Below, piece by piece: positions 8,929 through 17,062 of a stretch of 23,108 bases of DNA; position 1 is the stretch's first letter, and each line of letters opens with the position of its first letter. Below the pieces are notes generated by a model that was given only the letters and a program-made list of their open reading frames with translations, was not told the origin of the DNA and ran no database searches. The stretch comes from Calditrichia bacterium (GTDB lineage Bacteria; Calditrichota; Calditrichia; RBG-13-44-9). A program made the position numbers and the translations under genes. The stretch spans positions 1-23,108 of the forward strand of contig JARRQT010000089.1 in NCBI GenBank assembly GCA_037381445.1, written 5' to 3'.

Positions 8929-9865
8929 ATGAAAGTCGGGATCGTGGGCAGCGGTTTGGTCGGTTCAACGGCCGCCTATGCGCTGGTGATGCGCGGCGTG
9001 GGCAGCGAGATCGTGCTGGTGGATGTCAATAAAAAACGAGCCAAAGCGGAGGCGGATGATATCATGCATGCGGTTCCTTTCGCCAATCCTCTTGCGGTGA
9101 GCGCAGGGGAGTACTCGGATTTAAAGGGATGCCGCGCGGTTATTATTGCTGCCGGCGTCAGTCAGAAACCCGGGGAAAGCCGGCTCCATCTGCTGGCGCG
9201 GAATTCAGCCATTTTTGAGGAGGTCATTCCGCAAATTCTCAAAAATGCACCGGAAACCATTCTGCTTATCGCCGCCAATCCGGTGGATATTACCACCCAC
9301 ATTGCGGCCCGAATTGCGGCAAAGCATAATGTTCCTAAAAGCCGGGTCTTCGGATCCGGTACCACGCTTGACACCGCCCGCTTCTGGGCAATTTCCTGGG
9401 AGTGGATGCCCAGCATATTCATGCTTATGTGGTGGGGGAGCATGGCGATTCCGAGGTACTTACCTGGTCGCTGGCGGCGGTGGGCGGTATTCCGCTCCGG
9501 GACTATTGTCAAAGTCAGGGAATTTCCCTGGATGAAAAATCAGGCACGGGATTGACCATTCCGTGAGGAGTGCGGCCCACAATATTATTGAGGGAAAGGG
9601 CGCCACCTACTATGGAATCGGAAGCGCGCTGGCCCGGATTGTGAGCGCCGTTGTCAACAATCAGCGCGCCGTCCTCACTGTTTGTACTCCCAAGCTGGAG
9701 GTGGCGGGCGTCCTGAATGTCACGCTGTCCCTCCCGCATCTGGTGGGAGGAAGCGGCATACTGTCGACGCTTCCCCTGCCGCTCGAACCGAACGAAGAAA
9801 AGGTGCTCAAAGAGAGCGCCCTTCTGATCAAAAATGTTACGGACGAACTTGACAGGCAAAAGTAA
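8929..9865 (+). pseudogene. ldh: L-lactate dehydrogenase, disrupted by two frameshifts
   Basis: Frame 1 reads [12 protein letters not shown]...[11 protein letters not shown] (LDH-type Gln)...NPVD...[11 protein letters not shown] to 9384. Frame 2 (9384-9539) reads [25 protein letters not shown]...LDEK. Frame 3 (9539-9865) reads [37 protein letters not shown]. Confidence 0.92.
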
Positions 9866-9874
9866 AACGGCCGC

Positions 9875-10414
9875 TTACTTTCCGCCGTGCAGCGGCTCGA
9901 AATTGGTGAAATCGGCATGGTGAATGATGACCGCTTCCGTGCTGCGCCATTTCCCGTCTCCTTCCCCGGCGTGCACGGCAATCATATGCAGAATCTCGTC
10001 CGGAATGCCTTCGTCAAAAGCCAGGCCTACGCCGGAAAAGGGGTGGCGCAGGTACTTCCCTTCTCTGGATTTAATAAATTTCCCGTCCTTTTCTTCATAT
10101 TCCAGTATTTTGCCGACATCGTGGAGCAGCGCGCCGGCCAGCAGATAGTCCATGTTCAGCGGCATCCTGGCTCCGTAAATATCCTGCAGCGCCCTGGCCG
10201 CATTGACGGATACATTCACTACCCCGCGGGTGTGTTCCACGAAGTTTGCCGGGCAGGGATCGATGAGCAGGGTGAAGGGCATCCGCAAGAGGTCCTGCGG
10301 CTGCATTTTCCTGATTTTCAGCGCCTTCTGCCACACCTGCAAAACCTTCTCTTTCAAATCCATGTTCCCGATCCGGTCAAATTCAGGAATTAATTCGATG
10401 AGTTTCTCTTTCAT
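9875..10414 (-). CDS. HD/HDIG-domain metal-dependent phosphohydrolase (179 aa)
   Basis: EHTRGV, AGALLHDVGKILEY, RHPFSG, AVH and IIHHAD motifs. AGGAG RBS supports ATG 10414 rather than 10501. Confidence 0.9.
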   Translation of the reverse strand: MKEKLIELIPEFDRIGNMDLKEKVLQVWQKALKIRKMQPQDLLRMPFTLLIDPCPANFVEHTRGVVNVSVNAARALQDIYGARMPLNMDYLLAGALLHDVGKILEYEEKDGKFIKSREGKYLRHPFSGVGLAFDEGIPDEILHMIAVHAGEGDGKWRSTEAVIIHHADFTNFEPLHGGK

Positions 10415-10567
10415 AAAACGGCTCCTGTTTAATTTAAAAAGACTTTTACGGCAGATTATTTTCAGTTGCTTCTTGCGGATCATAATACATTTCATTATCA
10501 TTTCCCTGCAAGGGAAAAATCAAAAAATATGGTCGTTTAAATATCAAAAAACCGAAAGGATGCAGCC

Positions 10568-11794
10568 ATGCCGCTCGACAAATTAGACACTTCGTTGATT
10601 TTGGATGTTAAGGCCCTGGTGGCCGAAGGAAGGGCCAAGGCCCCCGAACGTATCATTGTTGATTATATTCCTCCCCGGGACGGAAAAGGCCCGCGCTACA
10701 AGCTTCGCGGTTCCGATCTGGAATTTATTCGCCTGAACTCCAACAGTTATCTGTCGCTGTCCAATCATCCGGAGCTGATAAAGACGGCGGATAAGGCCAC
10801 CAAAAAATTTGGCGTGGGGCCCGGTGCGGTCCGTTTCATTGACGGGACTTTTGAATATCATGCAGAGTTGGAAGAAAGGATCGCCGCATTTGTGGGGAAA
10901 CCTGCCGCAAAAATTTTCAATTCCGCCTATACCTCAAACTGCGGGCTGGCGCTGGCCATTTCCACAAAAAATACATACTGGATCGGTGACCAGTTGAATC
11001 ATAACAGTATCATTCGCGCTATGCGGATCGCCGGAGTGCCCAGCGCAAACAAGGCCATCTACAACCATAATGATATGGATGGATTGAGGCGCTGCCTGGA
11101 CGAGGTACCGGAGGAAATGGAGCGGGTGGTAATCATTTTTGATGGCATTTTCAGCATGCGCGGCGATTATGCTCCCATCGACCGCATCGTGGAAATTGCC
11201 GCGCCTTATCATAAGAAATTCAAAGACGGCGTGATCACAGTGGTGGACGATTCCCACGGCATTGGCGCCTACGGGAAAACGGGCCGCGGCACCGCCGAGT
11301 ATGCCGGCGCACAGCCGGATATCATCGTGGGAACATTCGGAAAGGCATTCGGCGTGAACGGCGGATTTATCGCGGGAAGCCGGGCCCTGGTGGAAGCGGT
11401 GCGCCAGAAGGCGGACACCTACATCTATACCAATCCACTGAGCGTGGCGGACTGCGCGGCGGCAATCAAGGCCATCGATATCTGCGACAGCCCGGAAGGA
11501 GCGGAACGCCTGAACAATCTGCAGGAGAGAATCGCGCAGTTCCGTAACGGGCTGGAGGAGATGGGATTCGAATCTATTCCGGGGCCCCATGCGGTGGTGC
11601 CGCTGCTGGTGCGGGATACCGAAAAGACGCACCAGATGGTAAAACAGCTTTATGATAATGGGGTGCTGGTAGTGGGATTGACCTTCCCGGTGGTGCCCAA
11701 AGGCGATGAAACCATCCGTTTTCAAATCAACGCCGCCCATACCGGTGCGGACATTGATTATGTGCTGAACGTTCTGAAAGCGTTTAAAAATTGA
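10568..11794 (+). CDS. kbl: Glycine C-acetyltransferase (2-amino-3-ketobutyrate CoA ligase)-like PLP enzyme
   Basis: SNSYLSLS, GPGAVRFIDGT, DQLNHNSII, DGIFSMRGD, VDDSHGIG, GTFGKAFG (PLP lysine) and FPVVPKG..IRFQ motifs. Adjacent to a tdh-like gene. Confidence 0.82.
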   Translation: MPLDKLDTSLILDVKALVAEGRAKAPERIIVDYIPPRDGKGPRYKLRGSDLEFIRLNSNSYLSLSNHPELIKTADKATKKFGVGPGAVRFIDGTFEYHAELEERIAAFVGKPAAKIFNSAYTSNCGLALAISTKNTYWIGDQLNHNSIIRAMRIAGVPSANKAIYNHNDMDGLRRCLDEVPEEMERVVIIFDGIFSMRGDYAPIDRIVEIAAPYHKKFKDGVITVVDDSHGIGAYGKTGRGTAEYAGAQPDIIVGTFGKAFGVNGGFIAGSRALVEAVRQKADTYIYTNPLSVADCAAAIKAIDICDSPEGAERLNNLQERIAQFRNGLEEMGFESIPGPHAVVPLLVRDTEKTHQMVKQLYDNGVLVVGLTFPVVPKGDETIRFQINAAHTGADIDYVLNVLKAFKN

Positions 11795-11807
11795 CGCCCC
11801 ATATATG

Positions 11808-11843
11808 AAAAAAAGGCTCTCTGGAAGTCAGAGAGCCTTTTTT
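11808..11843. terminator. Bidirectional intrinsic terminator
   Basis: AAAAAAAGGCTCTCTG-GAAGT-CAGAGAGCCTTTTTT between convergent kbl and tdh. Confidence 0.92.
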
Positions 11844-11863
11844 ATAAAAAGAAAAATCTATCC

Positions 11864-13114
11864 CTATTCCGGAATCAGTACCACTTTAATCGCCTCCCCG
11901 CGATTATGTGCTTCGAAGCCCTTCTCATATTCACTTAATTTATATGTGTGGCTCACATAGCCGTTTTGCAGCATCAGATCTGCCATTCCGTTTTTGAGCA
12001 ATTTATACATGGTTTCCCAGGTGCCGAACATGCGTCGGCCGATAATTCCGTGCAGGGTGAGTCCACGGAAAATAATTTTGTTGCTGAAATCCAGGGTAAT
12101 GTCCCGGGCAGGTATCCCCAGCAGCGCCATGGTTCCGCCCATGCGGATAATGTCCAGCGCATCATAATAGGCATTGGGGCTGCCGGACATCTCGAAAACC
12201 GCATCTACGCCGGTGTTGTTGGTTTCGCGCATCACCGTCTCGATCATTTTCTTTCGCGAATCCTGATGGGTCATATCGAAACAGTATTTGGCGCCCACCC
12301 GATAGGCAATGGAAAACCGGTTCTTTTTCAGCTTTTCGTGAGTAAAACCGGCAGCGGGATTGGATATATCCGTATTTATGATTAGTGACGCTCCGCCCTG
12401 CCTGGCAATAGCCGTGGCCATCAGGCCCTGCACGCCGCTGCCCAGGACCGCCACCGAAGCGCCCTGCAGATTCACCGAACTGGCGGTGTGAAGCGCGTTC
12501 CCGAAAGCATCCATGAAGGCAATGACTTCCGGGGCGATTTCACCCTTCTTAATCAGCATGGTATTTTCAGCAGGGACAATCGTGTATTTGGCAAAAACGC
12601 CGTCTTCGTGAATTCCTTTGATAATGGTGTTTTGGCAGGCATGGCCATTCCCGGTGCGGCACTGGTAGCATACGCCGCACACCACATGCATTTCGGAGGT
12701 GATAAAAAATTTCTCACGCAGTAAGTCCAGGAAATCGGGGTCAGCCGCAATCTGCAGATAATCGCGTTCCTTTATGAATTTCTGAATGTCTTCATCGCTG
12801 TCCCAACGGCTTTTTTCCAGGAAACTGCGGGCCAGGGTTTCCCGGGCGATCTCGCCGGCATCTTCCACCACGCCGCAGAATTCGTGTCCGGCAATCACCG
12901 ATTCGCTTTTATTGTTTGCCATCCCCGCTTTTATGGATAATTTGCTGTGATAGATTCCCACATCAGTGCCGCAAATCCCGGCCATTACCACTTCTACCTT
13001 CACCTGATCGGCGCGGGTCATTTCCGGCACCGGACGCTCTTCCATTCGGAACCCCTCCGGCCAGGGATCGGACATGACCGGTCGGTCTTTAACTAATGCC
13101 AACATTGTGCTCAT
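11864..13114 (-). CDS. tdh: L-threonine 3-dehydrogenase-like Zn-dependent dehydrogenase with insertions
   Basis: GICGTD, GHEFCG, structural Zn site CGVCYQC..C, MDAFGNALHT (Tdh DPxGNAVHT), FEMSG, IIFRGLTLHGIIGRRMFGTW. Start taken as ATG 13114; TTG 13138 or ATG 13105 are possible. Confidence 0.8.
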   Translation of the reverse strand: MSTMLALVKDRPVMSDPWPEGFRMEERPVPEMTRADQVKVEVVMAGICGTDVGIYHSKLSIKAGMANNKSESVIAGHEFCGVVEDAGEIARETLARSFLEKSRWDSDEDIQKFIKERDYLQIAADPDFLDLLREKFFITSEMHVVCGVCYQCRTGNGHACQNTIIKGIHEDGVFAKYTIVPAENTMLIKKGEIAPEVIAFMDAFGNALHTASSVNLQGASVAVLGSGVQGLMATAIARQGGASLIINTDISNPAAGFTHEKLKKNRFSIAYRVGAKYCFDMTHQDSRKKMIETVMRETNNTGVDAVFEMSGSPNAYYDALDIIRMGGTMALLGIPARDITLDFSNKIIFRGLTLHGIIGRRMFGTWETMYKLLKNGMADLMLQNGYVSHTYKLSEYEKGFEAHNRGEAIKVVLIPE

Positions 13115-13291
13115 TTTTAGCCTCTTCCCCTTTTTCAAAAATTTACAAATTAACGACTTGAGATAAAATTAACTAAACCAGCGAATAAAAACAATTGGAG
13201 AAAGTTTTACCGCTCTCTCCCGGAACCGTTTTATCTATTAAAAATACGTCCGGGACCGGGACGCAACGTCTGACCAGACAAGGAGCCTGAA

Positions 13292-13711
13292 ATGATTGAG
13301 AAGGACAGCGCATATCATAAAACGGGGAATATTTTTATGGATGAACAATCTCAGCAGCCGGTTTCTTCGGCCAACAGCAGCGATGAATATATGTGGGCTA
13401 TGCTTTGCCATCTCTCCGGATTACTCGGCTTCATTTTTCCGCTGGGGAACATTGCAGGGCCCGCAATAATCTGGGCCTTAAAAAAAGACGAATATCCCTT
13501 TGTGAATGACCAGGGAAAAGAGGCCATCAATTTTCAGATCAGCATGACCATTTATATCATCGCCTCTGTCATTCTCGTTTTTCTGGCAATCGGGATCGTA
13601 TTCCTGATTGCGCTGGCACTATTTAGCCTGATTATTATCATTGTGGCAGCATTAAAAGCAAACAATGGCGAGAAATTCCGCTACCCTTTTACCATCAGAT
13701 TCTTAATGTAG
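13292..13711 (+). CDS. DUF4870 family membrane protein
   Basis: WAMLCHLS, GPAIIWALKKD..PFVNDQGKEAINFQIS and GEKFRYPFTIR motifs. AAGGAG RBS. Confidence 0.9.
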   Translation: MIEKDSAYHKTGNIFMDEQSQQPVSSANSSDEYMWAMLCHLSGLLGFIFPLGNIAGPAIIWALKKDEYPFVNDQGKEAINFQISMTIYIIASVILVFLAIGIVFLIALALFSLIIIIVAALKANNGEKFRYPFTIRFLM

Positions 13712-13766
13712 GAAGGATGTCGCGGAAAAGTTTTTCCAAGTTCCCGAATTTTCAGGCTTTTGAAAA

Positions 13767-14927
13767 TCAGTTTTCCGCAAATTTTAGAATAATCCGGACG
13801 ATTTCCGGGCGGTTTCCGACGCGCACTGGGGGACCCCAGGTTCCCACCCCGCAGGAAACATAATAGTGGGTAGACCCCTTCTGCTTATATCCCCAGCTCA
13901 ATTCATATACCAAATCCGTTATCAGGTTGAATGGAAACAACTGCCCGTCATGGGTATGGCCTGAGAGCTGGAGATCGATGCCGTTTCTCTGCGCAACTTC
14001 CAGATGGAATGGCTGGTGATCCATCAGGATCAACGGGTAGCTGTGATCGACTGCTTCCATGATGTCAGCCAGCTTCTTGCGGCCGCCATCCACCCGTTCG
14101 GACATCAGATCTTTCCTTCCAATGATGTAAAAGGCATCGGCCACTTTAATGACGCTGTCCTGCAGCACCGTGATGTCGCCGGTCCGAATATACTCCACCG
14201 CCTGTTTCACACCCCCGATGTATTCGTGATTTCCGGTTATGGCATAAACGCCATAACGGGATTTTATCTTTCGGAAAGATTTCTCCATGTTCTGATTTTT
14301 GAGGGGAGCCACGTCTTCATCCACCACGTCGCCGGGGAAAAGCACGATATCCGGGTCCAGCGCATTGATTTTATCCACAATCTTCAGCAGGCGGGAATTA
14401 TGGATGACCGTACCCAGGTGAATATCGGATGCCATCACAATGTTCAGCTGCTTCAGGTTGCCGGCCCGCTTGTTAATTTCCATTTCGAGAGTGCGGATTC
14501 GTGGATGGAGCGCATTGATATGCCCGAAGAAAATGGTCAGAACCGCAATCACCGCGACAAAAAGCGCGGCAATATGGCTGCTCCTTTGCGGATTCTGCGT
14601 AATGAACGAGGGAAAGAAATGGATGAAATGGTTGCCCAGCCGGAAAATATCGATGATGAGAATCATAAAAAAGAGGTATACCATCAGCCCCAGGTAGAAT
14701 GAGCCGATAAAAACCAGTGCCTGGGTGAATCCACAGCATTTCAGACTTTCCGCGAAACGGCCCACCGGGTAAGCCAATACCAGAAAAAGGAATATTCCGA
14801 GAACGATGTAACGATAACCGCCCAATCCTGTTAGCGCTGCCCATCCCCGCCGGTAGATATAAAAATTAATACCGGCATAGATAACTAGGACAATTGAGAT
14901 GAAAATAAGAAATGCTGAGTGCTTCAT
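13767..14927 (-). CDS. Membrane-anchored calcineurin-like metallophosphoesterase (YkuE/YaeI type)
   Basis: Four N-terminal hydrophobic segments, then SDIHLG, GDVVD, GNHE, MDHQP, SGHTHDGQ and GTWGPPVR motifs. Confidence 0.93.
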   Translation of the reverse strand: MKHSAFLIFISIVLVIYAGINFYIYRRGWAALTGLGGYRYIVLGIFLFLVLAYPVGRFAESLKCCGFTQALVFIGSFYLGLMVYLFFMILIIDIFRLGNHFIHFFPSFITQNPQRSSHIAALFVAVIAVLTIFFGHINALHPRIRTLEMEINKRAGNLKQLNIVMASDIHLGTVIHNSRLLKIVDKINALDPDIVLFPGDVVDEDVAPLKNQNMEKSFRKIKSRYGVYAITGNHEYIGGVKQAVEYIRTGDITVLQDSVIKVADAFYIIGRKDLMSERVDGGRKKLADIMEAVDHSYPLILMDHQPFHLEVAQRNGIDLQLSGHTHDGQLFPFNLITDLVYELSWGYKQKGSTHYYVSCGVGTWGPPVRVGNRPEIVRIILKFAEN

Positions 14928-15044
14928 ATATAACCCGCTTATGTAAGTTCCAAACTTAATACATTTTAGGATAAAGAAAAAATTATATCTAAATCGGTTG
15001 TGTTTGTTCCCGCTTTTGCGTTGCGGCGGGTCCTGCCAACAAAT

Positions 15045-15086
15045 TTTGTAGAATATTCGGCAACAGGCTGAAGCATATTCTACAAA
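15045..15086. promoter_or_regulatory. Tandem palindromic regulator sites upstream of the efflux operon
   Basis: Perfect 12-bp inverted repeat TTTGTAGAATAT (15045-15056) / ATATTCTACAAA (15075-15086). It also reads as two imperfect copies of the palindrome TTGTAGAATATTCTACAA, 22 bp apart. Confidence 0.65.
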
Positions 15087-15194
15087 CTATTTCTTTTTCT
15101 GCAGCCCTGAGCAGGCGGGCGGAGCCGTGCAAATTTCTTTTAATTCACTGATAAACAGCAACATAGCTCTGTCGCGGCATCTTCTTTTCGGATT

Positions 15195-15211
15195 CTGGCC
15201 TGCTTCTTGAC
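15195..15211 (+). promoter_or_regulatory. Candidate sigma54 promoter (variant -12 GA)
   Basis: CTGGCCTGCTTCTTGAC, i.e. GG-N10-GA. It lies about 110-150 bp downstream of the palindromes and about 30 bp before ATG 15242. Confidence 0.45.
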
Positions 15212-15241
15212 ATACATATTTTTCTGAAGCGAAAGGCGGCT

Positions 15242-15613
15242 ATGGCGGAAAAATCAAAAAGAAGCATACCTGGCAAAAAACTGTTGTTGTTGGCGGCACT
15301 CCTTGGAATCGGTCTGTGGGGCTCGGTCTTTTTCTTCCCCATGAACCTGGGAAATAACCACACCTGCCTGTATCACCGCATGATATGTCCGAGGCACTCC
15401 CTGACGGCGGAAACCAGACCCGCCGACAGGCCGCTTTATCGTCATGGAATGTCCGACAGCATGCACAGTCAATTGGTGAACCGCTACATAATGCCCTTCG
15501 GCTTTCTCTGGTGGGGAAGTCTGGGGCTGCTGGCTTTCGGCGTTTATTCCATTAAGAAAATATCGCAAAAATCAGGCAAAGAACCTCATGGCGGCCGGCA
15601 GGAGGAATATTAA
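15242..15613 (+). CDS. Hypothetical 2-TM membrane protein with a His/Cys/Met-rich loop
   Basis: Two hydrophobic segments flank HTCLYHRMICPRH...RHGMSDSMH. Its stop directly abuts the TolC start (TAAATG). Confidence 0.72.
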   Translation: MAEKSKRSIPGKKLLLLAALLGIGLWGSVFFFPMNLGNNHTCLYHRMICPRHSLTAETRPADRPLYRHGMSDSMHSQLVNRYIMPFGFLWWGSLGLLAFGVYSIKKISQKSGKEPHGGRQEEY

Positions 15614-16909
15614 ATGAAAGGAATTTCAATGCGTCAGAAACTAGTTTGGGGACTGGGAATAGCAGTCCTTTTATTCACCGTAACCTTTGCTCAACAGCCC
15701 GATTCTACATTGCAGCTTGAACCTCTGATTCAGGAAGCGCTGCAGAATAATCCCGATCTCAAGGCCGCCGGGAATGCCTGGAAATCGGCGGAAGCTCAAA
15801 TCTCCGCCGCTGGCGCCCTGCCCGATCCGGTTTTGGGAATAAATATGCTGAATCTGCCGGTGAATACTTTCAAATTTGATCAGGAGCCCATGACCGGGAA
15901 GCAGATTTCCCTGATGCAGGCCTTCCCCTTTCCAGGGAAACAGGGCTTGCGGTCGGACATCGCCCGGGAAGGAGCGAAGGCTTCACAGATGCAGTACGCG
16001 GAACTCCGGGATCAGCTTGTCAAAAATGTAAAATCGGTTTATTATGAGCTGTTTTACGCGGACAAGGGAATCGAAACAGCCGAAAAGAATGAAGCGCTTT
16101 TAAAAGAATTTTCACGGATTGCGGAAACCCGCTACCAGGTGGGGAAGGGACTTCAGCAGGATGTTCTCAAAGCGCAATTGCAGCTGCTGAAGGTGGATGA
16201 TCAGTTGATCAATCTGCGGCAGCGGCGCGAAACCCTGGCCGCACAGTTGAATACCCTCCTGAATCGAGCGCCGGAAACCCCCGTTGGTAAACCGGTTGTG
16301 GCGAAAACGGTTTTCCTTCATGCCGGTCTGGATTCCCTGAAAAATCTGGCGGATGGAAACCGCCCGCTGCTCAAATCCTGGGCAGCCGTGCTGGGCCAGA
16401 GCAGCAAGAAGGTTGATCTGGCAAAGAAGGGGTACCTCCCCGATTTTTCGTTGGGCGCGGCCTATACCCAGCGGGATGTGCTGGAGAATGGCAGCGGCGG
16501 GGTTGATTTTCTGTCCGGCACATTCAGTGTCTCTCTGCCGGTTTACTTCTGGAAGAAGCAGAAGAAGAATGTGGAGGAAAATCGTTTCAATGAGCTCTCG
16601 GTTCAGCAGCGCTATGAAAGCGTGCGCCGGCAGGTTTATCGTAACCTGCAGACCTCTTTGACCGATCTGCAGAAGAACGGCAAACGCCTGAAACTTTATG
16701 AGGAAGCTATTATTCCCCAGGCTTCCCAGACCCTGCAGTCCGCTCTTTCCGCTTACCAGGTGGACAAAGTGGATTTTCTGACCCTGGTGGATAGCCAGAT
16801 GATGCTGTTTAATTACGAACTGGAATATTACCGGGCCGTCGCAGACTATCATAAGAATCTGGCGGACCTGGAGGCACAGACGGGCGCAAATCTGACAGGC
16901 ACCGAATAA
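15614..16909 (+). CDS. TolC/CusC-family outer membrane efflux protein
   Basis: Signal peptide, ALQNNPDLKA, ALPDP, QAFPFPGK, RYQVGKGLQQDVLKAQ and YQVDKVDFLTLVD, giving two OEP repeats. Confidence 0.92.
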   Translation: MKGISMRQKLVWGLGIAVLLFTVTFAQQPDSTLQLEPLIQEALQNNPDLKAAGNAWKSAEAQISAAGALPDPVLGINMLNLPVNTFKFDQEPMTGKQISLMQAFPFPGKQGLRSDIAREGAKASQMQYAELRDQLVKNVKSVYYELFYADKGIETAEKNEALLKEFSRIAETRYQVGKGLQQDVLKAQLQLLKVDDQLINLRQRRETLAAQLNTLLNRAPETPVGKPVVAKTVFLHAGLDSLKNLADGNRPLLKSWAAVLGQSSKKVDLAKKGYLPDFSLGAAYTQRDVLENGSGGVDFLSGTFSVSLPVYFWKKQKKNVEENRFNELSVQQRYESVRRQVYRNLQTSLTDLQKNGKRLKLYEEAIIPQASQTLQSALSAYQVDKVDFLTLVDSQMMLFNYELEYYRAVADYHKNLADLEAQTGANLTGTE

Positions 16910-17062
16910 TAGAAAGCTTCAAATTGTTAGCCTCCCCTGCTCTTTATCCTCCGATGCTTTTAAAAGAAATTTTTTTGGAAAAAAGCAGAAACGGACAGGA
17001 GTGTTTAAAAATACAGGTTTGAGAAGTGACAAGAGGAAAGAATTATAACGGAGAACAGGATC

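Noticed and set aside
9563..9865. 100-aa ORF as an independent gene
   Set aside because: It is the C-terminal third of the frameshifted ldh.
10415..10501. N-terminal extension of the HD protein in the ORF track
   Set aside because: AT-rich intergenic-like sequence. The RBS supports ATG 10414.
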